DNA of 53,710 bases, counting the filler, from Perkinsus olseni (Eukaryota), in assembly GCA_013115125.1 (NCBI GenBank). It is 3 parts of 3 records of this genome, joined end to end, with 100 filler letters (N's around TTAATTAATTAA, not from the genome) between each part and the next. Parts side by side here need not be neighbours in the genome. Positions count along the whole stretch, not along the records: positions 17,978 to 35,837 come from JABANN010000631.1; 2 more parts are not named here. One strand, given 5' to 3'. The notes below the pieces were generated by a model. The model made no database searches and was not told the origin of the DNA. It saw nothing but the letters and a program-made list of their open reading frames with translations. Both the position numbers and the translations under genes were made by a program. Positions 21,331-33,072 of this stretch are shown here, one piece after another. Numbering within the stretch: position 1 is the first letter of the stretch; every line of letters starts with the position of its first letter.

Positions 21331-22621
21331 CTAGGTATAGGTATTGAATACGGAGCTTTTCGATTGGTGTACAGCTCATTATCTGACTCGCATTATTTTT
21401 CGTGATTCTCTAGCAAAAACGCGGATTTCAGGGTAAAAATTACAGTGTATATTCTACTTCTATTTGGCAACTTTTTCGAGCTAATTTCCCAGTTCTCGTC
21501 TACCACTGCGAGATTGTAGCTGAAACTCATAGGGTATCTATAGTGGGATGTATTGGCATACCCTACCAAGTCTCAGCCCGAAACACGTCAAATTGAAAGA
21601 TAAATTCCAAAAAAAACGCAATATTCTATTTCAACTTGGAGCCCTGTACTCTCAATAACACTCTGTCAATCCATCACCCGGGTTCTATCATATTGCATTG
21701 GTCATCACTGACCAGTACGATGAGTATGATAGGCTCTTCCACCGGCTGCAATGTGGGGATAATTATCGTAAGCCTACTACACCTTTTCCCGACCAAATAA
21801 AATGTTTTTTCGCGTGATTTAAACCATTTTGATAGCAATTTAGCGAGTGTCATGGAAATTAAAGAATTGTCAAACCAAATTCGTATTGTCACCCAAATTA
21901 AATTTATGAGCAAATGCGATTTAACACGTGCCATTCTATTTAAATAGATTTTGATCCAATTTCGAAATCTAAATCATTCTGCTACTGCGACCTCCTTCCT
22001 GCATCTGGGACATATACTCTGACTCAGAGTCTCTGAGCTCATGAAACACGGGAGAGCTCTACAGCTGTCGCTTCTTGTCAACGAGAACCATACTTCAATG
22101 ATTCGAATTGGAGGAGCGCTGCCACGTGCGAGATGCCGAAGCTGCTCTATGAATTATAGTATATACCATATCGCATGTTACCCTCAGCGAATGTTGTGCC
22201 TTAGAAGGCCGACGCCATTGACGTTGATCATACTGAGGCAAAAACTACGCTATGAAAATTTCACGATGAGGCACGCAATGAACAACGAGGATGCGCGCAG
22301 CTTCGCGCGCTCCCTTCAATTTGACAACTCCTGCATAATATTTCAAATTGCATGGAAACTGAGATTTAATTTGCGTGACACGAGTTTTTTAAATTTGCTA
22401 AGGTATTTGAAGTGGATGAAAACTGTTTTAAAATGAAATTCGGTTTTCCATACTCTTTTAAATCAAATGAAAAAACGTTTTATTTGCTCGGGAAAAGGTG
22501 TAGAAGCCGTAAGGAGTGCGAGGAGACTTAGGCTCGACCATTTAATGCGAATTTTTTTCGAGTATTGTGGGACTTCTTGGCTTCCTAATCCTCAACGACT
22601 GCCTGTTCAATACATCACTTA
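21331..22621. mobile_element. AT-rich insertion, probable non-autonomous DNA transposon
   Basis: Abrupt AT-rich segment replacing the 5' end of the pseudogene. Imperfect inverted ends GTATTGAATACGG / CCTGTTCAATAC. Motif TGTCANNNAAATTAAA at ~21848 and ~21887 and inverted at ~22365. Confidence 0.35.
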
Positions 22622-23013
22622 TTTGAGGACCTGTAGCGAGGCTCTTACTCGAGCTAGGGGAAGTATACGCTCAGGACGTTCTACTCTTCATGAAACGGAT
22701 GAGGTTCGTGCTACGGCCGTCCCCACAGGCGGGAGTGATCCATCAGCTGAGCACTTTTGATACTCATCATCATTTCTTTACTTCAACAATGATCCCAATG
22801 CCTCGCTCTGTATGAAGTTACTTTTCGTCCTTATGGCTGAATGCTATTATCCGACTTGATCCGACGATGATGATCGTGAAGTGATGTGTGTTTCGAGCAA
22901 TCGCAACGAGTTCGTGTTCTGTTCACGCGAGGGTAATGTCTGGATGAAATGATACTGGATCAAATAAAAAAACCCATGGAAACGGTGGATGCCTCATGGT
23001 CGAAACCGTCACG

Positions 23014-23129
23014 CTGGATGGAATTATACTGGACGAATTTATACTGGACGCACAGAGATGGACGAGTTGCATCTTTGGGTGAGATGGCCACTGGACGAAA
23101 TTATACCTGGATCAGTTGAGATACACCCC
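23014..23129. repeat. ~15-bp tandem repeats (CTGGACGAA-type), probable transposon terminus
   Basis: Seven degenerate units (e.g. CTGGATGGAATTATA, CTGGACGAATTTATA, CTGGACGAAATTATAC) ending in GATACACCCC. Confidence 0.6.
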
Positions 23130-23569
23130 GCTCAAGCTTGTTTCTCGTTCCAGTTCGCTGGTTCGACTCTGAACTGTCCCAAAAGGCAGGAGACTGTAGC
23201 AAGAAGTATTGGATTGCCCTCGGAGGATAATCCTCCTATTCCGCTCGCTCCGCAATTGCAACCACGCTGACGCCTGGCGTGAATATCCAGTGCAGATCGC
23301 CAAATCAAATGGTGATATGCGCGACATCCTATAACGGATAATGGCGTGATGCTGCGAATAGAAGGATAGAAGCATACCGTCGTACGGTATCGGGACGGAT
23401 GAGTACGGTAGTTTCAATTCTTCACTTTCAGCCCACTGTAGAAAGCAGACCTTGACGGTAGACGAAACCCAAGAAGAGGAGGTCGTCAGCGGCAGCCATC
23501 GCCAAACCAGGGCGAAGATCGACAGGAAGACCGTTTGGGTCCATTTCTAGGAACACCTCCTTGGTCTCA

Positions 23570-24200
23570 ATGGAGTGCCCGAGCAAGCGACGTCGAATAT
23601 ATCGTCCTTGGCTCAACGACTCCTTGGGAAGCGGGAGTCGTGCTAATCGTCGCGTTGCTGCAGTGGTTGACGAGTAGGACCTGATCGCGGTGCCATTTTG
23701 TCTGTCTCTAAACCGAGACTTCTGCCAGGATGTTCCACTGGACCCCGGCATTACTGTTAGGGTTGGTAGGAGACCTCATCCACCCGGCCATGGACATGCA
23801 TATAATGTGAGGGAGATGAGGTATCTTAGGTTGAAGCTTGCTGGTTGCAGGTGACCATTGAATCTTGATTGATTTTTTGAACAGAAATCGCTCTCCAGCC
23901 TCTCCGCAGATCGGCTTCGTTCTTTACTCGCCGAAGGCTGCTACCGTGACGAAGCTACCGAGGGCGAGCGAAGGAGAGGAAGAGCTTACTGATGAGCATT
24001 GCTGCATCATCCGCTTGGCGAGATAAGGCGACTTAAAGGATAGTAAGATTTTTGGTTAGGGTACGATGAAGGATCCTTCTACAGTTGAAGGCTGTCACCA
24101 CAGCTTCTGTGGTGAGTGTTTGGACGCTTGGCTGGAGAGGAGCGACCGGTGCCCCGTATGCTCATGCCCGGTCACTCTACTGTGTAGGTTGTTATTATGA
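23570..24200 (+). pseudogene. RING-HC zinc-finger gene, apparently decayed
   Basis: Splicing a GC-AG intron (24018-24059) gives HCCIIRL-GTMKDPSTVEGCHHSFCGECLDAWLERSDRCPVC. The second ligand Cys reads as Arg (CGC), and upstream exons contain apparent in-frame TAG/TAA. Confidence 0.6.
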
Positions 24201-24575
24201 AGGTAGGGAGTTCCTCGATGATAGTGTTATTGTAATTTCAGAATCCTGCTGAATGCTGAATGTTCTGCTGAATTGCATTCCTCAGTTTATGCCTTCACAC
24301 GGACTGGTCTCACAGAACTAATGCCTGCGTTGTGATAGTCCATGTGAAAGTAGTGGCCCAACGACCAGCACGCTCACACCTGACTGATTGAAGACGCCAT
24401 GAGTTCAATAGATGCCATATCTCCCAAAAGAGAACAAACGGCTTCTACTCCGAAGGCTCTCTTTCCGCGGTCTTCTCGAGCCTCTTTTCCAAGTTTTGAT
24501 CCGGTCACTGCGTAATAGACACATTCTGATCAAGAGTCCATGAAACTCGTACATTGACAGAAAAAGAATGAGGAT

Positions 24576-24655
24576 GAGGTCACCTCGCGCCGCGAGGTGA
24601 CCTTCGTAACCTGGTAACCTGGTAACCTGGTAACCGCGAGGCTCGCGGTTACTTC
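24576..24655. repeat. ~80-bp double-hairpin element with GTAACCTG tandem core (MITE-like)
   Basis: Perfect 13-bp inverted repeat 24577-24603, three GTAACCTG units, and a perfect 11-bp inverted repeat 24630-24652. Confidence 0.75.
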
Positions 24656-24661
24656 TCAGGA

Positions 24662-25732
24662 TTACTCATTGACGTACGGATGGAACCGCACCAAGTGATA
24701 AGTGCCAAAAACATTGTCCTCACCATCCACTGCTCTAAAATATCCCAGCGTCCAACGACCGTCCACTATGATGCGACAGGCAGGAAGCTCTCCTCCACCC
24801 AGATCGAATTCAGCTAGCTTCCTTAGGTCATCCGCGGAGCGCAGACAACAAGTACCCCCTTCAGTAGGCTGAAAAAAGTACATAGGAGGCTTGCTGCCTA
24901 GGAGCGGAGTCGGATCACCGTCGATCTCCTCAGCCTCAGTTGTCATATTCTGGATGGCCTCGAACTTGATAAAGGGTTCAGATCTGACAATTCGTAGCTT
25001 CACTTGGCGGCATTTCCGGACAAGCACAGTCTCACTAGGCCTCTCCGATACATACTGGTACAGGACGTTCACCGATGATGGGGCTGTTGGCAATGCGCGT
25101 AGAAACACTCGTAGTGGCCCTTTAGCCGTCGCAACGGAATAAGCTAGTTTCACCTCCTTGCTCTTAGACCATTGAATATAGTAGACGTCAATGACTCCCG
25201 ACCTCATGCAGGCAATGTAAAGGAAATCTCCGGCGGCGGATAACGAACAACACTGGACATGTCTGTTGGAGAGGGTGTCCAAGTCTACCTCCAAGAAAAC
25301 ACGCTTATCAGAGAACGAGTATCCAACTAGTCCGTGGTGCATGATACGGCCTTGGCCGTGAGAGTAAGAGATGAACAGACGACGATTCTCAGCATCATAG
25401 CAGCATTCGTGGACATCTACTTCACTTATATAGCGACTCGACCAGCAGATACACGCCAGAGCGCCGGTGTGGCTTCTAATGATATCGATAGTGCCATTGC
25501 TGCATTGGACATGGTACATTTCACCATCGTCGATGAAAGCGTAGTCGAGGTCTAAAGGGTTCATCATGGTGGGCATCTCCTCACTGGGCCCATCCATCCT
25601 CAGCATAGGACTGCCACAGTAGCCCATAACCTCCCCGACTAACTCCGGGGGCATCACCCTCCCGTCACCCCCTCCCTCAACCATCATACAGCGTAGGGCC
25701 TCAACATGTGGTGGTAGTTGGAAGGTGTCCAT
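24662..25732 (-). CDS. Intronless 356-aa protein with an F-box-like N-terminal motif and beta-rich body
   Basis: Long uninterrupted ORF; N-terminal MPPELVGEVMGY resembles the F-box LPxELxxxIxxY motif; pseudogene paralogue at 20631-21330. Confidence 0.7.
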   Translation of the reverse strand: MDTFQLPPHVEALRCMMVEGGGDGRVMPPELVGEVMGYCGSPMLRMDGPSEEMPTMMNPLDLDYAFIDDGEMYHVQCSNGTIDIIRSHTGALACICWSSRYISEVDVHECCYDAENRRLFISYSHGQGRIMHHGLVGYSFSDKRVFLEVDLDTLSNRHVQCCSLSAAGDFLYIACMRSGVIDVYYIQWSKSKEVKLAYSVATAKGPLRVFLRALPTAPSSVNVLYQYVSERPSETVLVRKCRQVKLRIVRSEPFIKFEAIQNMTTEAEEIDGDPTPLLGSKPPMYFFQPTEGGTCCLRSADDLRKLAEFDLGGGELPACRIIVDGRWTLGYFRAVDGEDNVFGTYHLVRFHPYVNE

Positions 25733-26339
25733 GGTGATACGAGGAGGAGACAACACTACTCAGTGTTATGATGAGTCAGCCCGAAAGAAGACACACTTGT
25801 AGGTTGACGGGCCTCCACAAAAAGGATATCTCCTATTCTGAATCGCACCCGCATTTGGCGAGGCCTTTGAGCCTTGAGATTTCCGATGGTCACAAACTCA
25901 CCGTCGTGACACTCGCTTCCGTATTAAAGTAAATACAAAAGGGAGTCCACTATGCCACATGAAAGCAGACTAGCAGCGATTGAACCCTTGACGAAATGCT
26001 GAGAGCGGCCTCAAAGGTAAGAGGCACGAGCTACCGTGGCAGTTCTCCGAGGGCTCCACTTCTCCTTATTGCATTTTGTTCGTCACAGGCAATATGTGTA
26101 CAAACTCATAAAAACAGCCAACGCTTGTTGAACTCCCATCACACGACTAACGGCCGCCCTCCCCCTCTGCTGAAGACGAGCACAACAGGTAGACGTGAAG
26201 CATCAAAAATAGCGTCTTAAAGTAGACTATTAAGGATGAATGGCAATGAATCACTTCGGTGGTGGAAGTATGATAATCAACAGCAGCCTTCCTCAAGGGG
26301 GAGGCCACCTCGTCCTTTACGAACTTATCTAACCACAGA

Positions 26340-27844
26340 TCAGTGGTTATACCTGAGTTACGAATGGTGTGGTATGGCCCCGAGGCCCCGGATGCTCCCG
26401 CCTACTTGATGGGGACGTAATCCTCCGACTTCCTTCCCTTACCGGTGGCCATCTCCTCACTCAAACCGTCACATATCATTTGGCAGAAAGATCCCTTCTT
26501 ACCGTCACCGATCTGATCGACATTTTCCGCTAAGAGCCAGGATGGACCTAAGATTCCTCCTCACCTGATGGCCGTCCAACTTCACAGCCGCAACGATGTG
26601 AGTGTCGCCGCCGCACATAACAACTTCCTTGGCGTCGTACAACTCCTCCTTGTTGATCTCACGCTGGACGACCGGAATCGGCGGGTTTTGGGCTGGGTAA
26701 AAATTCCGATAAAACGGAACAGAAGGAAGTGAATCTTACCAGCACAGATCTCGAAGATTCTCCGCATGGTGGTGCCCTTGAGAATTCCACCGTCAAAGGC
26801 CGGGCCAACAACCTCGCCCTTCTTAGTCATCATTACCACACTCATCGTGCAGGACTCCTTCACAGTGCCCTTCTCATCGACCCAGATACCGAAGTGACCT
26901 GAGCCACCGGAAAGTCGGGGTCGACGGGCTTGCTAGGGTTGACGATATTACCTCCCTCCTTCTGAGCCTCCATAAAGAGATGAGCGTTGAGGAGGTAGTT
27001 GTTAGACTTACACGAGGCAAGCATAGGTGGCTTGAAGGGAACTACAGGAGAGAGACAGAATGGTCACAAGCCGACCTAAAGATACGCCACTCACCAACGT
27101 CCGAGGAGACGGTGACCTCATCGACGACCTCAGCTGGGACTTGGATCTTGGCATCGGGCTTGGTAGTGTCAACATACGCCGAGGGGAAGACCACTATGTA
27201 CCTGTCAAAGGCATGCCATATAGCACCACAGCGGACGGAAAGGAGAGGGTCTTACAGGCAGGGCTCGACGCACTTCTCGGGGTTGATACCGAAGGCACCG
27301 GAGGGGCCAGCTGTCATCCACAGACGAACCTAGGCAAAACCAGCCTGAGACGAGCACTTCACGACCGGCTTGTCTTCCTCACTGTGGCCTCCTTGAGGGC
27401 GGTGGCTGCAACCACTTGGTCGACAATCCGATATATATCATCTCTGTTCCACTTGGACTTGATGCCAGCCTTACGGGCTGACTCCAGAAAACGATCACAG
27501 TGAATCGAAAAATTCCACCTGAAAATTGACCGAGATTTTCCGGCGTAAATTTTCCGACCCCTCCCCATTACAGATGGCCATTAGTAACCGTGGCAGTATC
27601 GTAGACGCCCATCCCTCGGTGAACCATAAAGTCATCGAGGGGGAGGCTCATCAAGGACTTGTCGAAGGTAATGCCTCCTACATAACTACTGTACCTGCAG
27701 AGAACGGTGTTGAGAGGTTATGGTCGGGCCGGTAGCATAAAATTACATCGCCGTCATCTTAACATCTTCGGACTCTCTTCGCTGATCAAGCTTGGCCATC
27801 CATTCGGCCTTCGTGAGCACGGGAGTGTCGGTATTAGCAACCAT
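26340..27844 (-). CDS. PLP-dependent aminotransferase class IV, plant-type D-amino-acid transaminase / 4-amino-4-deoxychorismate lyase-like, multi-exon
   Basis: MVANTDTPVLTK...YSSYVGGITFDKSLMSLPLDDFMVHRGMGVYDTA, HCDRFLESA, catalytic CKSNNYLLN, GILKGTTMRR, EVVMCGG, LDGHQIGDGKKG. Confidence 0.88.
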
Positions 27845-28576
27845 TTTATCAGAGTAAAAACGAATCCTGCCAGGGTCAACCTAAGTTACCACAGGCCACA
27901 CCAAGACGAGAAGCCCGTTCCTTATAAAACCGAGTGGCGAATGGCCGGGACCCTAGCGTAAGAGTCCAGCTGGCGCTCCCCCAGGCATATCGCTACTGGC
28001 GTCACAGAGGAACAGCTCAAGATCCTTCGCGCCCGCCCAAGGCTGTCCCCTATGGAGCAACTCAAACCGCGAGTGTGTCTTCACAACAAGGATGTTAACA
28101 ACAAAATGAGCATGAATGGCAGCGGAGTCGATGCTCGTCGGGGCGTGGCCAAGGACAGGCCCGTGACGACTCTCTTCGGCTCCTGAATGGACCGGCGGCT
28201 TCGCCCACATTGCCGCTCCTTTGGTGTTACCGAAATCGTCCACATAAAGGACTGATCAATTCCCAAGGGGTAGCAGGCTCCTATGAAAATGTTAATAACT
28301 CTCCTGAAAATAAGGAGCTCTCCCATCACCACCGTCGGGCGATTTTCCTACTGGGGCTCCTCAAGGCAGTCGTGTGAGCCTTCGAAGTCTTGTAAAGTCA
28401 TGTTCGAGCTGGACCTGCCGATGCGTAACTTTCTGACACCTCTAGCTAGCTTCTACTACGAAGCCAACACGTAAACCTGAGTGCCGTTCTCAGCCCTCAG
28501 ACACTCGCCGCTCGAGGCTGGCTTCATCTCAACCTAACCGATACATCATCAGTTCTCCACTGCTCTACAGCAAACC

Positions 28577-29290
28577 TTACCTCCACTGGAGTTCCCGAGC
28601 AATCGGTATTATCATACCGAGAATACACCGCAACGCGCAGGAGACTGCAACCACCCTGGGTGGCGGCATCGGCAGTATGGCACGATCCTGCGAGATGATT
28701 TCACTATCATCAACAGTCACAACCCTCACTTTCTTCGTTCCGATAGCGCACTGTGTAGATACCGTACGTAGTGCCCAGGACGGGCTCACAGGCGCCAGAG
28801 TGAACTGAGTGAAGAAATCAGCAGTCTGGCAGCAGGAGGCGTCCACGGACCTGTGAAGCGTTCTCCGAAGCTGTTCTTAGTCTCGGGTGTCTGCGAGAGA
28901 AATACCAAACTATCAGATTTTCAGTGACCTTCACCTTGCAGTCGTCCTTGTACAGGCTGACCGTAAAGCGTTCGTTGTTGGGCGTGAAGTCAACGGTTTT
29001 CACACTGAACGCCGAGGATTGATCGGGGTCGAATCTGGTGGGAAGCATCCTCAGAAAAGCCCGAGGAGGGGGCGGCCCTTACGTATTAGCGTAGCAAGCC
29101 TCTCCGGCGGCTTCGAGTAGAAGGGTACCGGTCTCTGAAGGGGAGGGCTCGTCGGAGAAGGGGATAGCGGCTCACTTTCAAAGCAATGCTCGTCTCGGTA
29201 GATCTCAATGGACACATCACTGGAGGCAAAGGCCAGGCAGACAGGGAGTGCTGTGAGGGATGCTAGGCCGCGATGGTGCGAGAGCATCAT
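28577..29290 (-). CDS. Hypothetical, probably secreted protein, multi-exon; 3' end unresolved
   Basis: MMLSHHRGLASLTALPVCLAFASS (signal-like) followed by short open exons separated by GT-AG introns. Confidence 0.35.
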
Positions 29291-29590
29291 CAGTAACAGC
29301 AGGCAGTGAGCATTAATACTGTACCACACCACCGGTTGGAGGATGATGATGACAACACAAAACTCGGTTAAGGAAGAAGTCAGTCCGATTGGTGAGGCCC
29401 CGTCGTACCGTGGGCCAGTGTCCGGAGAATCCGAGTGCCGCTAAGGCAGGGAGTACGTGATGAACGTTCATGTTAGCGCCATTTGAGAACCTCGTTAATA
29501 CGAACTCCGTATCCTGAAGGTGTCTGATTGTAGCTCGTCTGAGTGTTGCTGCGTACCCATGGCCTTCCTTCAGCCGACGGCAACTCGACT

Positions 29591-29858
29591 TGTCCGAAAT
29601 GTTAGTAACATGGACACATTTAAGGCACTGGAGCCCCAGCAATGAAATTCTACGCACGTGTGCAGTTGAGAAGTTACCCAAGATTCCAAGATACCAAGAA
29701 GTCGATCTCATCAAAACAGTCAAAAAAGTCAATAGACTTCTCGCTCGCCACTCGGGTATTCTAGCTATTTCTGGAACTGAGCCCGCGGCTTGAGTTCGTT
29801 GTCCGAATAAACATCGACTCAGTGACTCTTAGACCGTGCCTGTATTATCCAACGGACA
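29591..29858 (+). mobile_element. Possible solo LTR or MITE (268 bp)
   Basis: TGTCCG...CGGACA inverted termini and AATAAA at 29806; no target-site duplication seen. Confidence 0.3.
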
Positions 29859-30662
29859 TTGAGTCTCTCAGTGTGATCTTTGGCTGCTGTTCCGCGGAAA
29901 TCGGTCTTCTAACTGTTCTGACTCATCACACTGAGTAGTGTAGTCTTCTCCTCGTGTCACCTAGCGGTGCGCTGCCTGATCGGTGCACTTCGTTGGCACC
30001 ATGCTAGTACTACTCTCCTGCGGGGCCGGGGTTTGCTAGTGCTTCTCTTGTCGCAACTGCGTTGCGTGCTACCTGACTTGCTCTCGTGTCGCTGCGCTGT
30101 GCTGTACTCCTGCTGGATTGGTTGCGCCGTCTCGCGCCACTTGCCGTAGTGTCGCTCGGGGCAGCTCTAGCTTGGTCCTGTGCCGTCGGCGGTTGCGCTG
30201 TCGCGCGTTACTGATGGTAGACGGTCGTTGGACGTTGAAATATTTCCCTTCTCAGAACGGGCGGGATTATTTTGTACAGTTCCATGCGTATGAGTGATTC
30301 CTCATGTTCGCTATGTCTTCGATCATCACCAACCTTCTCGGATGTTAGCGTTTAATCTTCGAGAGCCGTTTCAGTGCTCCGTTCGAGTCTCACGGCCAGT
30401 TAAAGTCAAGGTCAGCTCAGCGGTGCAGTCCGTCTACCCCCGCGGATTTGCAACTGAGGACCGGCGATTATCTATTTCATACAAAGAGGCAACACTCATG
30501 GATCTGCGCACGAGCAGAAGTCCGGTGTCCCTTTGCCCCGTCATTTCTGAGTTTCGCTGTCCTCCATTCAAAGCGCCATTGATTCACAGCAGCTTTCAGG
30601 CTACTTCTCTTAATCGCATTTGCTGTTGTGCTACACTGAGGCACTCCTGAACTTATATTACT

Positions 30663-32320
30663 CATTGGCGGCGTAGGCTCTATTGAAGGGGCCGGTTGAA
30701 TTGGTACTGGGTCGGGCTACTGTTCAGCGCCACAATCAAGATTCGGTGTACTACCATCTTAGCAAATCAACAATAGCATGTTCGAGTGAAAGAAAAGTAT
30801 TTGAAGCCATCATGATTCAATAAGCTCAAGCGCAATGAGGTGCTAAGCGCACCTGGTTCTACCAGGCTGGTAGCGGCGAGCGGCAGGAGCGGCTCCTGAG
30901 GAGCCACAGTGTTGTTGCTGCTGACGAAGTTGTTATGAGAACAAGAATGTCAAGGTTACGAAACCTGGCCCGATAGAGAAAAAGTCTGAAGCTCTGAGAG
31001 CTTTGAAGGATGCGCTCTAGCACTGACCGGATCACGCTCATGACGCCGTCATGAGCCGTCATGATGACGGCGTCCAAAGACACGGCTCCACATCGCGACG
31101 AAGATCGTGCTGAGAAAGCAGTACAGAGTGACACTCTGAGAGCTTCAACCCGCCCAGCACCGCAACGGCCTCGTTGTTAGGAAAGAACAAGTAAGAGTCG
31201 TCGTAACGGCGCCGTACAATGCTACAAATCATAATGAGATGCTTGTACGTACTGCAGATGTCCTTGCGGCTATGCTCAGCGTCACAGCACAGACTAGGCC
31301 GAGAGGCAGAATTGTACTTGCGTACACCGCGAGGAAAGTATATGCCAAACAGATCAACTGGGTGACCTATACTGTAGAGAACATAGCACTACGGAGTTTG
31401 ACTTTACGATACTCACGGCGGAAACATCACAGCAATGACGGCGACAGCATCGCATCAATGTGATAAGAATCATACCGAAGAGAGAGTTAGGCGTTCCCCT
31501 TCGACCTCAGTGTAGGCCGTCGTCGAAGTAACATAAGCCATGGTCATGAAATCGTTCGGCCACAGTTCTATACCGCAAACAGTCAACAATTCATCCCTGA
31601 ACTGATCGTGAAACTCGATCTCCTCTGGTTGGAGAACGTATTGGGACAAAAAGACGCTACGTTCGTCGGGCACGAAGAGAAGGATGGCAGTGACCTCAGA
31701 ATCTCCACACTTCACCGTCATTTCCACTTCTTCAAACTCGGAGACATAGACTTCGATCTCTGAGCCATAATAGGTAGAACGATACGGAAGGAGGAAGCTG
31801 TTGTCAACTCTCTGGAAGCTCAGTCTCTCATTTCCCAAGGAACTTATCAGGGACTTCTCATCGGAGGCGAAGCTGAGGTTGAGGAGGTCACCATCGATAA
31901 TTACGAGCTCAGGGCAGCGTTCCCTCATCAGATCGAGCAGGGTGCTTCCGGGACTTGAGTCCTCGTCGATGATGTACTCATTTGCGCCAGCCCCAGGACG
32001 TAAAGAATACGGCCCGGCGCGGAAGGTTCTATCGGTCAGGCACCTGTATATCACATTCACAGTGCCGTCCTCGTTGATATAGATCAGTATGCCACCAGAA
32101 TCTGTCTCGAATAGAGCAAAATACTTGCCTAAGGGATCAGCTGCCTCTGCGACGAACATGAGGGCTGAAATGAGCAACGATAGGATGAGAGGCATATGAA
32201 AAAGATGAAGCCGAAGATAAGCTGCCCGTTAAATTTGGAACTTCGCATGTCACTGTGGAGGCGAAGGGATCTATGGAGGGAAATCGATGTAGGGATATCG
32301 ATGTAGGAAACAACGCTATG
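30663..32320 (-). repeat. Right arm of the inverted segmental duplication
   Basis: Reverse-complement similarity to 18361-19998 across the upstream, coding and downstream parts. Confidence 0.85.
31470..32195 (-). CDS. Intronless secreted protein of the same two-repeat family (acidic paralogue)
   Basis: Signal peptide MPLILSLLISALMFVAEA; shares GKY, EYII, DGDL, DNSF, TVCGI, TSTTAYT and RLTL with 18471-19211. Confidence 0.8.
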   Translation of the reverse strand: MPLILSLLISALMFVAEAADPLGKYFALFETDSGGILIYINEDGTVNVIYRCLTDRTFRAGPYSLRPGAGANEYIIDEDSSPGSTLLDLMRERCPELVIIDGDLLNLSFASDEKSLISSLGNERLSFQRVDNSFLLPYRSTYYGSEIEVYVSEFEEVEMTVKCGDSEVTAILLFVPDERSVFLSQYVLQPEEIEFHDQFRDELLTVCGIELWPNDFMTMAYVTSTTAYTEVEGERLTLSSV

Positions 32321-33072
32321 TGAAACTCGGGTTATAGCGATAGCTAGCAATGCTATCGCAGCGTCACCGAAAAAATAGCTGAGCACGCGCGCGCTAGATC
32401 GGGGCGGTCTCATGGATGAGCAAATGGTTGAACATCCGAAAGAGTGGTATCGCTTCGAGTGGGAAGTCTTGAGAGCGACTGTTGGAAAGCTAAACCTCTT
32501 CAGATAGTGCGACAATAGAAATCGACCGGTAGCGTGGAGATGGAACAGCGTCTATCGGGTCCAGAAGAGGGCGCCGCCTAGCCGCTGTGGCTGCCCCAGA
32601 CACACGTGGCGTCCGAGAGTTGGTCGCTAGAGTCCTTCACAAATTTTTGGGAAATACTGTGGCTCAAACTTGCTGGCAACAGCTCACCGCGCGGTGGTGG
32701 GCAATAAAACTCTCATGCCGTGAATGTTAAATGCGCTCCCACCATAGGAGTCCTACGGTGGATTGAAGTAGCTAACTGTTATTCATTATGCGCCAATACG
32801 TGCATAGCTGATTCCCCGCGAGAGAGTAAGCTTCGAGGAAAAGGCAGATGCGGCTTTACGCTCCTTCTCGCCTTACGTTGACTACAAGCAACAAGGGAGA
32901 AGCAACAGATACTGTAGTCGACGCTCGTTGACCTTAGAGATATCTTCAAACACCGTAAATTTATTGAATTCCTCGCTTGCGCCTTGACAGGTTCGTTCGG
33001 GGAGCGGCTCACACTTGCAATCCTTCAACTGATTAGTCCAGCGTTCCTGGATTACAAATAGATTGAAAAATT

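Noticed and set aside
23014..23129. CRISPR-like appearance of short repeats
   Set aside because: Units are contiguous ~15-mers without unique spacers; eukaryotic context and no cas genes.
23570..23810. Stop-codon reassignment as an explanation for in-frame TAG/TAA upstream of the RING
   Set aside because: Conserved genes in the window end normally at TAA/TAG/TGA, and the RING also has a Cys-to-Arg change, so pseudogenisation is simpler.
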